From NCBI GenBank assembly GCA_903813345.2, contig CAIIXF020000001.1, positions 33,666,001 through 33,730,000 on the forward strand: 64,000 bases of DNA. The letters run 5' to 3'. How positions within the stretch are numbered: position 1 is the first letter of the stretch; every line of letters starts with the position of its first letter. This DNA comes from Owenia fusiformis (Eukaryota). Position numbers and translations under genes: made by a program. A model generated the notes under the pieces. It was not told the origin of the DNA. It worked only from the letters and a program-made list of their open reading frames with translations, and did no database searches. Positions 13,372 to 25,069 of the stretch are shown one piece after another.

Positions 13372-13430
13372 AAGGCGAATGCGGGATTCGAACCCGCTAG
13401 GCGAGCATTCTTCCGCTAGACCACCGTGAT
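13372..13430 (-). other. tRNA-derived Pol III promoter-like remnant (not a functional tRNA)
   Basis: Minus strand TGGTCTAGCGG (A box), GGTTCGAATCC (B box), then T-run; anticodon arm incomplete. Confidence 0.55.
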
Positions 13431-14363
13431 TTTATGAATGGTGGAAGTAATTAAACGCTACTTATTTTGAATGCTATGATTCGGAAGTGACGTCACGTTT
13501 CTTCATTTAGAAACTTTTCCAAAATCATATCGCCGGCTCCGATCGAAGCCCAGCTTTAAATATCTTTAACTCTCTTGGGACAGATTCTTAAGTTCTATAC
13601 ACAAAGTAATATTTCCGGCAACTTCATATGGACTGAGAAATATCTAGAAGATCGAAGGGTTTTTATAAAAATATATTTCAAAAATTCTTGACACGCTGTA
13701 AGTCGTAGGTCGCAGGATCGAAGGGTCGAAGGGTTTTTAGTACATTCCATTCCTACATGAAATCTCAACCCCCCAAACACTGGTGACATTTGAAAGACTT
13801 TATCTAATTCATGTAATTCAAACAATCAAATCAAATCAAAAATAATACATGCAAACAGGTATATCTGCTTATGGAGGAATATCCGAGGAAATGTATGACA
13901 CCGGTTTTCAGCCATCGCCCTGAAAGGCAACTTATCTGCTTATTATAAGTTATCAAATAATTTAACAATAAACAGAAACGCAATGCATGCCAAACATTTA
14001 TCTATTGTTCCCAAGTGAAAAAATCCAATGGACGTTGCATATTAAATGTCGACCTTATACCGACCTAATGTAGTTGTCTAATACCGAACTAATACCGATG
14101 AAATCCTTCTAAAATTTATCGTGCAAATGAGCTAATTTAGAAGTCCTGTCAGCCAATCAGCTTTAACCAAATACCGACCTAGTACCGATCTTAAATAGCT
14201 CTAATAACGATGCACCGGTATAGGACTATGCTATTTAATATGGCTTTAGTGAAACTCCAATACCGATCAAGTACCGATCAAATACTGATTCATCGGTATT
14301 AGACAGGGATATTTGATACCGCTCTAGTACAGCCCTAATACTGATCAAATACAGATGAAATCC

Positions 14364-14755
14364 GGTGTCTTCCCATTTCGCCCCTTCCAACTTTGCCCCT
14401 TCCCATTTCGCTCATCATTTATTCCCATTTCGCCCCAACCCATTTCGCCCTTTCCCATTTCGCCCCTTTCCCAAATTGCCCCTTTCCCATTTTGCCCCTG
14501 TCCCATTCTGCCCCCTTCCCATTTCGCCCTTCCTTCCCCCTTCGCGACATGGGAAGGGGCGAAATAGGAAGGGGAGATAAGGGAAAGGGGCGATATGGGA
14601 AGGAGGCAACACGGGAAAGGGGTGAAATGGCAAAGGGGCAAAATGGGAAGGGGCGAGATGGGAAAAGGGCGAAATTGGGAAAGGGGCAAAATGGGAATAA
14701 ATGAGGGGCAAAATGGGAAGGGGCGAAGTGGGAAGGGACGAAATGGGAATAAAAC
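14364..14755. mobile_element. Mutator-like foldback MITE built of about 15-bp repeats
   Basis: cccatttcgcccctt units inverted about the centre; perfect 9-bp TSD atgaaatcc; uninterrupted paralogous site at 14098-14120. Confidence 0.9.
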
Positions 14756-15559
14756 ATGAAATCCTTCTAAAATTTATCATTTAATAATCAATATCATATT
14801 TAACATTTTGGATAATTGGTCACCCTAAGAATGTTTAATATAGCAGCTAGTAACACAGATCTTATGACGATGCTTCTGTTTCAGCCTTTTGCCTTCTGAT
14901 TAAAATTAATATAATGATATGATGTATGTCAACAGACATGCAGTAGCTCTAACTACATATTAGTACACCTAAAAGCTCCAAACGACTGTTTGTTATTTTG
15001 TGATGTAGTACTGAAGTGCTCAAGACCAAATCTGGTTCTGGCCTATTACATGTATTAATTAATTCACATGCAAAGTCCAAAGTTTTTTCAAAATTCTCTC
15101 GCAAAAACTACAGATTTTGTCAAAAATCTCATGCAAAACTACCACTTTTTGCAGAATTTACCGCAAAAACTATTGCTTTTATTAGAAAAAAACTGGAGAT
15201 AATCTGCTTTTTTTTAAAAAAAAGTACCGTTTTTTTTCACCATAAAAACGATCCAGTTGTTTCAAAATTTACCTAAAAAACTCCAGATTTTTAAAAATCT
15301 ACCACAAAAACTACCAATTTTTTTTAAAAAAACCTCCCGTAAAAACTACCAGATTTTGGAAAAATCTCCCGTAAAAGTACCACAATTTTTGGAAATATCA
15401 CGCAAATTGTTCATTTTAGGTTGGCCCTGGGTATGTAAGATGATATATAAGCAATTATTATGTTACATCACTGGTAATTTTACTCATTCAGAATTGTCCT
15501 GAAGGCAAGAAGGCTCACAGTTATTGAAGGACCCTCTAGGCCTCCAGCAGTATTTATCT

Positions 15560-15766
15560 TCTTCGTTTTTTTTCGTCGTTCGGTTTTGTGGTGTATCGTC
15601 GATCTTTTTTGAAAATTTTTCTACAGGAATATTTTTGCTGGACAATAATCAGGTAAAATGCGTATTTGCGTGACATTCTCTGTCACGCAAAAAAAACTGG
15701 CGTGACTTCAAATTTTCCAGCAAATGCGTGACAAATACGCAAATTGGGGGACAGTTGGATGGCCTG
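15560..15766 (-). mobile_element. MITE family A partial copy, inverted
   Basis: Reverse complement of about 6053-6260; another partial copy at 12455-12650 and subfamily copy at 10958-11205. Confidence 0.8.
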
Positions 15767-15849
15767 TTTTCATACTATTGTTATAAAATCATGAAATTAC
15801 CCAAATCTCTTACAGTTGAACATTCTTTGTCAGCCATTTTCTTTTGGTT

Positions 15850-16140
15850 TAAAAAGAGCGGGAAATTTAACACCGATCTAGTATAGATGTCGTTTTTGAT
15901 AGCAATATTTGCGTGTAATATTTAACTTATTTCAACCGTCAAATTCCTCCATTCAGTTCCCAGCATGCACCAGTCATAAGGGAAATCACTGGGGAATTCC
16001 CCTTCCGACATTTTGAAAATTGCTGATATATTTCCGATGTAAAAACTAAAATCTCTTCGTTCTGCCGATAAACCCATACAATTGGCGATCTAACAACATA
16101 AAAAGAATTCTAAAATACTAAGGAATGTATCGAGGTAGGT
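15850..16140 (+). promoter_or_regulatory. Candidate promoter / first exon
   Basis: GCGGGAAA (E2F-like), TTCCCAGCATGCAC (ZNF143/Staf-like, 15957), GGGGAATTCCCC (NF-kB-like, 15991-16002), followed by gag|gtaggt donor at 16135. Confidence 0.35.
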
Positions 16141-16895
16141 CATTTAGGTGTGCAATGCGTAGTATTTTCTCCAACTTTGTAAAAACATTGACTGACCAAT
16201 TATACGCGCGTACGACCACAATCTAAAGGGCTCGTAGGATGCGATAAGTTAAATTGGAGTATCTTTTGATTCTTTTCCACTGAGGTACGCATTCGATCTA
16301 ATATCGTACTTCAATATTTTTGTTTTTACGAAATGAAAACAAGATCTTTAATGTAAACATCTGCATTTCAAGTCAATTTTATATATCCTGAGATTATCAT
16401 AGAATACTTCTGTGAATCCCAAGCACTGCAGCCCATTACAATGGTCTATCAGTCAATCTGTATTATAACAAATGTATACCAATCCTGAAAACATTTCAAA
16501 TATATTTGTCTTTGACTTATTTGTTTGAGAGGGGCACGAAATGTCAGAATAAAAATCATTGATTGTCCAACTTCAACGTATAATCTATGTGTAGATACAT
16601 AATGACAGACTTATCTTGCTAAATAATCATTGTGATTTGCCCGTCTGGAAGGTTATTTTATAGATTATAATAGGACCTACAGAATGTTAAAAGGATTTTT
16701 ACATTTTTAAGACAGCAATAGTTATTAGCGACTAAAACTAGTTCTAAGTATACTTTTTTTATTTAATGTTCAAGAACTTTAATAGTGGAGACACAATTTT
16801 TACCCGCACAAGACATAATCTAACTCTCAAGAAATATTATTGTGAGTTTATAGATGTTTTCTTCGATCCTCTGAAGTACACATAAGTTGCACGAT

Positions 16896-17366
16896 CAGGC
16901 CTGTCAACTGTCCCGCAATTTGCGTATTTGTCACGCATTTGCCGAAGAATTTGAAGTCACGCCAGTTATTTTTGCGTGACAGAAAATGTCACGCAAATAC
17001 GCATTTTACCTGGTAATTGTCAAGCAAAAATATTTCTGTAGAAAAATTTCTGAAAAAGATCGTCTACACAGCAAAAATACGAACGCCGGAAAAAAATGTA
17101 CGCATTTCGTTCGGACTTTTCACGCGAATTACGTATATGTCACGCATTCCGTTTGAAATTTATCGTACCTACCCCCACCCTGTTGACGGATGTTTGAAAC
17201 GGGAGCGTAGCGAGCGCGAAAAACTTGAGGTGTTCAAAATTTGGCAAGATGTAATAAAATTTAAACCAAGGTGTTCAAAATTTGGATCAAGGTGTCCACA
17301 TTTTGAGGGGAGGTGTTCAACATTTCCAAGACACTCATGTTAGGTGTTCCCAAGTTGACAGGCCTG
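16896..17366. mobile_element. MITE family A
   Basis: Same TIRs; 6-bp TSD cacgat. Confidence 0.9.
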
Positions 17367-17799
17367 CACGATGCATTGATGTATACCGTGCCGACAGGAA
17401 TGCCGTCCCGCCGATCAGCAGAACTATCCCGATGGCGATGCCTATCGGAGTGCCGACCAAACTGCAGACGCTACACCGATCGATGCGCCAATGAGAACAT
17501 GCCGATGTGACTCTCGGCAAAATTAGTACTGTAGCTTAGTAAGTAGCTGAGTAAGTACCTGAGTTAGAAGCTGAGAAAGTAGCTAAGTAAGTAATAACTA
17601 ATTAAGTAATTGAGTAAGTAGTCAAATAAGTAGCTGAGTAGGTAGGGACCCAGCAAACAGTGACGTCCATGTAACGTCACTCATATGTGGTATATAAGTT
17701 CACTGGAGACGTTGTATATTTCCGTTATATAAACGTCAAAGCAACGTAAAATTGTGACATTCAGCAAAACGTCGGTGGATGGTTAAAAAATGACGTTGT

Positions 17800-19460
17800 A
17801 GTAATGTGTTAGTAAAGTTCGAAATTTGTGCTGGTGTGAAAAACGTAACAATGACGTTGAATTTTTACCAGTTTGGTTCATTTGCAACGTAATATAAACG
17901 GTAAAATTTGACGTTGTCGTAACGTGTTTTAAATGTGAAAGATATTTGTAAGTGTAGAAAACGTTACAAAGACGTTGTGTTCTCACCAAATTTGGTACAT
18001 TTGCTACGTAATGTAAACGGTAAAATTTGACGTTGTCGTAACGTGTTTTAAACGTGAAAGATATTTGTAAGTGTAAAAAACGTTACAAAGACGTTGCATT
18101 CTCACCAAATTGTTTCATTTGCTACGTAATATAAACGGTAAAATTTAACGTTGTCGTAACGTTTTTTAAATGTGTAAAATATTTGTAAGTGCAGGAAACA
18201 TTACAAAGACGTTGCAGTTCTCACCAAATTGTTTCATTTGCTACGTAATATAAACGGTAAAATTTGACGTTGTCGTAACGTGTTTTAAATGTGAAAGATA
18301 TTTGTAAGTGTAGAAAACGTTACAAAGACGTTGTGTTCTCACCAAATTTGGTACATTTGCTACGTAATGTAAACGGTAAAATTTGACGTTGTCGTAACGT
18401 GTTTTAAACGTGAAAGATATTTGTAAGTGTAGAAAACGTTACAAAGACGTTGCACTTCTCACCAAATTGTTTCATTTGCTACGTAATATAAACGGTAAAA
18501 TTTGATGTTGTCGTAACGTGTTCTAAATGTGAAAGATATTTGTAAGTGTAAAAAACGTTACAAAGACGTTGTGTTCTCACCAAATTTGGTACATTTGCTA
18601 CGTAATGTAAACGGTAAAATTTGACGTTGTCGTAACGTGTTTTAAATGTGAAAGATATTTGTAAGTGTAGAAAACGTTACAAAGACGTTGCACTTCTCAC
18701 CAAATTGTTTCATTTGCTACGTAATATAAACGGTAAAATTTGATGTCGTCGTAACGTGTTCTAAATGTGAAAGATATTTGTAAGTGTAAAAAACGTTACA
18801 AAGACGTTGCGTTCTCACCAAATTTGGTACATTTGCTACGTAATGTAAACGGTAAAATTTGACGTTGTCGTAACGTACGTGTTTTAAATGTGAAAGATAT
18901 TTGTAAGTGTAGAAAACGTTACAAAGACGTTGCAGTTCTCACCAAATTGTTACATTTGCTACGTAATATAAACAGTAAAATTTGACGTTGTCGTAACGTG
19001 TTTTAAATGTGAAAGATAATTGTAAGTCTAGGAAACGTTACAAAGTCCTTGTTTTCCCACCAAATTGGTTCATTTGCCACGTAGTGAAAATGGCTAATTG
19101 TAACGTTGTCAAAACATGGTTTGAATGTGAAAAATATTTGTAATTGTAACACACGTTACAAAGACGTCATTTTCTGACCAAAATGGTTCATTTTCAACGT
19201 AGTGCAAACGGTTAATTTCAACGTTGTCGAAACGTGTTTTCAATTGAAATGTAAAAAAATATTTGTAAGTGCAGGAAACGTTACAAAAAGACGCTATGTC
19301 CTCACGAAATTGGTTTATTTGCAACGTTGTCGAAACAGTTAATTTTGACGTTGACGAAACGGGGTTTAAACGTGAAAAATACATATACATGTATGTGAAA
19401 AAGAACGTGACAAAGACGTTGTGGTCTCAACAAATTCGTTTAATTTGTGACGTGAAGTAA
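17800..19460. repeat. 119-bp tandem array (left subterminal), about 10 homogeneous copies plus diverged ones
   Basis: aaacggtaaaatttgacg at about 17896, 18015, 18133, 18252, 18371, 18490 and onward. Confidence 0.95.
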
Positions 19461-20800
19461 ATGTTAAATATATAACGAATATACATGTATGCCTCGAGTT
19501 GTGGTAACTTTAAATACTGATCGGTGGAGGCACAGGCATATGTTGGCTCACACAGATGAACTTAACGTGGTAATTGAGAGTGAGAGTGGAAATATGATGT
19601 AAAGAAAACGTTTCTCCGACGTTGTAATTTTGCCATGGGTTATTGCTGACAAAAGTCTGACGTTCTGTCCCGGGGGGTTCATTCCAATATACCTCTTAAT
19701 ACCTATGTGCCGCGCCAAAGACCCCCTTTTTGAGCATTTTTTCCATGTCAATTTCCTCTCAAAATTGGAAGTTTCCATGTATTATTCCTCTCAGAGTTAT
19801 AAAATTCCATATTTTCTTCCTCTGAACTTCATAGATGTCCATGTCGACTTCCTCTGGAGCTTGTCGGTGTAAAAGAAATTATGGTCCCCTGGGGATTATG
19901 GTCCCCTTTCTTAAAGGCCCTTACTGGCCCTGATTGTGGATACGATAATAAGGGAGAGTTGTATTTAGGTCACAATATAAATCAATGGAAAGTAGGACCA
20001 TAATTTGATAGGACCTCCTACCCTTTTACACCGGGACTAAAGTTTGCGAATTATCGGTAAATTGACTAAAACTCCACTCTTCCGGCGATTTGTCAGACCT
20101 CGGGACAAAATTTTTAGTCCCTTTCAACAAGGGCGAGCGTTACAAACGGAAAGTACATCGTTCGCAAATTTGATGTATTTCTCGTTCGGCTTTTTATCGT
20201 ATTCTGTTCTATAGAGGAATTCCCGCGTCGAAATCAACATGGAGGACAGTTCCAAGTTCAAGAATATTGCTGCTTAAAAGCAACTTGGGAGCCGTACTGC
20301 CAGCTTTCGAAGGTAAGAATGATGCATGCATGTTACACAATCACCAAAGGTTAAAATGAAAGCATTCCATGGCCGGTACTTGCAGCGAGAACACAAATAA
20401 TCTCATGTGAAAGTTGGGATCGTTTCAATTTTCAAAATTTTTGTCAGTTGAAATTAGACTTTTGAATATTCTGATATTTGAATCGATGTTATTGATTTTC
20501 AATTTCATCACGATTTTCAATCATAATTCCTGGTTCATAATTTTCGTTAGGTCAATTACAAGGGGTCCAGGGGTCAATTAACCATCAGCAACTTTCAAGT
20601 CAGATCCGGTCCCTGGGATCTGGCGCAGAGGTGTTGATTGGATGGTGAAGTGTTTATGGCAAATGGTTTATGCAGTTATCTTAATCTTGATGGTGATCTC
20701 TGTTAGATCTACCTCTTTCAAAGAATAGACATTGCCCGGGGAGTCAGTGATTGCCATCTTTAGCCTGATAGATAATCATGATGGCAGAAATACAGAAATA

Positions 20801-21069
20801 CACAAACATGTATCAGTTTCATATGCTTTAGAAAATGTACATGTTTGCGAACAAATAGTTCAGAAGACAATAGAATCGTCGATTTAATTCCTCACTTAAG
20901 TTACATAAACGGTTTTTCGAAAAACAGTTAAGATCTGCACTTTTAACCCGAACCGTTTGTGTAACTTAAGTGAGGAATTAAATCGATGATTCTGTTGTCT
21001 TCTGAGCTATGCCTATTTTTCGCAAACATGTTCATTTTCTAAAACATATGATGCTGATACATGTTTGTG
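20801..21069. repeat. Long inverted repeat / foldback MITE, about 115-bp stem
   Basis: cacaaacatgtatcag...taagttacataaacggtt pairs with aaccgtttgtgtaactta...ctgatacatgtttgtg. Confidence 0.85.
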
Positions 21070-21503
21070 AGAAAAAATGTTGTGGGGATTCTGCCTACAA
21101 TGCGTGAAATAAGGAAAAAAGAAAAATCGTACCTTCGACGTTCCGACATTTTGTTACCAAAATGAACCGTTTCGGTAACCAGTGTAATCGAGCGGATCAC
21201 CAGTGAATAGATAGCATACTACATGTACTATATTTAGGGAGTTCTTTAATTTTTTTGAAAATAACATGGCAGAGAAGCATTGAAATATGAGGTCACAGAT
21301 ATGATAGCTAAACTACAAAACAAACTAAAATAAACAAAAGTAAGAACATGTATAAATGTTTCTATTTTTACATGTTCTGTTTCAATGTGGTCCTTTAATT
21401 GCTTATTTTTTAGATTCAGAGAAGTTCCAAACATTCAAAATTTTACTGTAATCTCATCTACTCTACGACCCCCACTTAAATTTGTAAAAAACATAAGTGG
21501 GGG

Positions 21504-21603
21504 TAACCAAACTCGTCTGGCCCTGTTATCCACTCCCTGATTCTGAAATGTCGTAGACCAACAACGTCAGGCGTAGATAACTGGGCCATACGGGTTTTTG
21601 TTA
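21504..21603. mobile_element. 100-bp MITE with 9-bp TSD
   Basis: Imperfect 27-bp TIR taaccaaactcgtctggccctgttatc; TSD aagtggggg. Confidence 0.75.
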
Positions 21604-24095
21604 AAGTGGGGGTAGAATGCGATAAATCGCATGATGTATGGTCTCTCTAAAATTCTCTTATTTTTAACATGGGAAATCGTCACTTCAGCAAATTCACATG
21701 TCATTTATTTATGTTCCAAAATTCACCCTATGCAGACAGAGCCTGTGGGAAATATTGGGTGCGGAGGGTGCTGAGCTAACGGTCATTTTTGAAAAAATTC
21801 TTTCAAAATCATGCAGTTTTCACCATGATTTTGTCCATATTTGGGCCAAAATTGTCAAATGTGAACCCCCCCTGGAAATTTTTGAAAAATGAACCCCCCT
21901 TGGCAAATTCTGGCTACGGGCCTGATTATTGATATTTATATTTTTTAATCGAAATGGTGTTTGTTATAAGCACACGCCTTTTAACAATTGATAGAGACTG
22001 AAAAGTGTATTTCATCTTCAGCAAATCTGAAATTAAGCTTTGTTTTTATTGATCGAATTCAATGAAAGTTAATTTCTTTTAAGTTAAGTTAACTTTTATC
22101 AGCCTTTAAAAAAACTACTATTGTCATCTGTTTTTCCATCTTAGTGTACAATAGTTCTCTACTCTGTTTTCAGAAGTAGGAGATGAACCAGATTTTTGTA
22201 GCTTTCATCCATGATAACCCTGAGACCTTGTTGGTTGTGTTTAGATGATGGTGTTTCATACTAATCAGGTATATTATTTCATCGTTTGATTTAATTAACT
22301 TGCATCATTTGTGGCTCTTTGCTTCAGAAAGTATTCATTTGTATTTAATGCAGTTATTATTTAACTTTCACAGTTTCACAGCAAATGAGATACTGTAAAT
22401 TGCTTTAATTTGGTGCTATTTAATTTGGCGCCCTGTGCAAATTTTAAAAGTATGACTGCTATATAATTAAGTTCTTTTAAAAGGTTTGATCTTAATCCTG
22501 ATTGACACAATGTTAAAACATCTCAGTAGATTTACTCATCATATTCACAATTTAAAGGTCTTATCTTAATCAATACAATTTGAAATAAAAGTATAAAATA
22601 AAGTAACAGTCTTTTAAAGTACTACTATTGTCCTCTATTTTCCCATCTACCTATTCTGTTTTCAGGATTGTTGTAGCCTTCACCCATGATAACCCTGAGA
22701 TGATTTTGGCTGTGTTGAGATGAGTGGTGTTATGCTAATCAGGTAGGCCTATATTATTTCTAGAGGTGTCACACTGACCCGAAGTTGACCTGCCATATTT
22801 TATCTCAGAAAGTTAAGAGTCATTCTCAGGTATCTACTTTCCTACCGTTCCAACATTTCAAATTATTATCCAATAGAATATTTTAATAAATAGATCTCTA
22901 GTTAAATCATTGGATGAAGATTATGAGAGTCAACGAAGGAATGTTTTGGCTATATGATTCTACTGTAGAAATACAAAAGGATAGTACAAAAAGCTACTAG
23001 GGATCTATAAACAGATGAGCATAGGGATTGTTTTACCCCAGAGTAGTCCCAAAAAGTCTCCTGAGACAAAGATCAGATCTGGTGGAAGAAAGATTACACC
23101 CTCAGGTGCATTTTCAGATAACCAACTAATAAAATGTTTATACTACAAGTCTCTAAAATATTTCAGACAAACTAGCAGTACAAGCAGAATGGAACATTTG
23201 ACGGTTTGGAAGTTAGGCAGTCTAGAGTCCTCTGAGCTTGGGGAGTTGCGAGGAAAGTGACTTCGGTAAGTCCAGGTTAATCTATTATTCATTATAGAAG
23301 TATTTTATATATATTAAGTTTACAGCAGAATCAAATCTAGCAAGATCCTTGTCATTCTATTCTAAAAATATAAAGTGCAGACTTTACTTCAGGAATACTA
23401 GAGTATTTTACCAAAGAATTTTACAATTATGTATTTTATTTTATATATATGGCTTCCATATTTATATTTGGAAGAATTAAAAAATTTTCCAGATTTTCGC
23501 ACTTTTAATCCTCAATAACTTACTGATTTACAACACATTGTAGACCTTTGAGACATATTGTATCTGGGATTGTAAAGAATAGATCGCTAGCTCAATTTTG
23601 GTTGAAAATGACACTGCAAAATATACAGAGTGGGTATGGGTATACAGGTTACATTTCATACTTTTCAATAGATTGATTTTTTCCAGGAAAATGTCCAAAA
23701 ACAAGCAGAAATGGCAATGTGTTAAACATGCAACCAGGGAAACAACGACTGAGCTGTACAAGTCATTTGAAAAAACATTTGGAAAGTGATGAAGACCAAT
23801 GAGAGCTCATGCTTTCAAGGAAAAATGAACACTTAGCATAAACAATATCTGTTCCGAGAAGCAAGCCAGTTTGAATTAAATTTTTATCTCTATGACAAGT
23901 AACGGGACAGTACTTTTAAGATTGCATAGATATAATGGCTTCATATCTGAAACATGCAATTTTTCTAGATTTATTCCCAACTTAAAATGGTCATTATTGC
24001 TTTTTGAAAATCAATACCATGTTAACTAATAGAGCATTTGTTCAAGCTCAAATTAGAATATTTATTCATTCCCGTTCAGAAAAATAACAATATAA

Positions 24096-24810
24096 CCCCT
24101 AAACAGTTAGGCTATAGATAATTACATTCATAGTAAAGGGGGTGAATAGATCTGCCGAGATCTGGGCACAATCTCGGAAATGAAATATCGAAATATCATC
24201 AAAGTTAATCCCATACTTAGTAGTGTTATAGGTAAATAACATGCGGGAATATAATTGATATCTGAGTTGAGCGGGAGATATACAAGGGTTATGTACTGGG
24301 AGGTTTTGGATACAGGTTTTATCCCAAGGGAAATATGTGTATATCCCGACGGACCGCAGGGACCAAGGGATATACACATATTTCCCGAGGGATAAACCCT
24401 GTATCCAAAACCGACCGTACATAACAGATGTATTTCATACCTACTGATGTTCTTGGTACGTCATATACCTTATAAAGTTCCAAAATTCAAAAATATACTT
24501 AAGATACACATTTTCTTGGTGTTTTAAAGTGGTTTTTAAGTTTCTGAGATTATCAAAATCATAAATGTGAAAATCTTTTTTTTTTAAATGTGAAAAAAAA
24601 TTTGGGGAAAAATGGGAAATTTCAATGCATATTTAATTCTCATAATCTACTAAGTATAGGATAAATCAGTTATTAAATGCTCGATTTTGATACAGTGTAT
24701 ATCCCTCAGTAAATACAATATAGTCACGATTTATTAGTTAAAATATGCCTAATTCAATTTTAAGACAAGCCAGAACGGCAAATCTCCCCTGCCCCTTAAC
24801 CGTTTAGGGG
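24096..24810. mobile_element. piggyBac-like MITE
   Basis: TIR cccctaaac.gtta / taaccgtttagggg; flanks ataa / ttaa. Confidence 0.65.
24275..24436. repeat. About 160-bp near-perfect hairpin
   Basis: ggttttggatacagg.tttatccc.agggaaatatgtgtatatccc pairs with gggatatacacatatttcccgagggataaaccctgtatccaaaacc. Confidence 0.85.
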
Positions 24811-25069
24811 TTAATAAAATACTCAATAAAACTTATTAACGATAGGATAGATTTTTGATAGATGACATACGAGACTGTAATTATATTTAAGTTTAATTCT
24901 GTGTGTCAATATTCTCTATTTGGATGCTCAAAAAAGTTCTTGTGTATTAACTCATTAATTATTGGAAAAACAATATACATTTGTTAATAAGTCAAAGCAT
25001 AAGTTAGTTGTGTTTTACCTTCACATGTGAAAATGTTAGGCTTAGTGTGTTATATATAATTTTACTGAA

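Larger units (their letters stand above)
10819..13748. mobile_element. Non-autonomous Mutator-like element with a duplicated left end
   Basis: TIR ggaatgtactaaaaacccttcgacc / ggtcgaagggtttttagtacattcc; perfect 9-bp TSD attcctaca; second left TIR at 11239. Confidence 0.9.

Noticed and set aside
13372..13430. Functional tRNA gene
   Set aside because: Too short and no complete cloverleaf; the same applies to 45905-45960
14345..14780. Overlapping ORFs in six frames
   Set aside because: Artefact of a 15-bp-repeat foldback MITE
19865..20033. Small MITE cggtgtaaaag...cttttacaccg
   Set aside because: Only an 11-bp IR and no TSD; not enough to call
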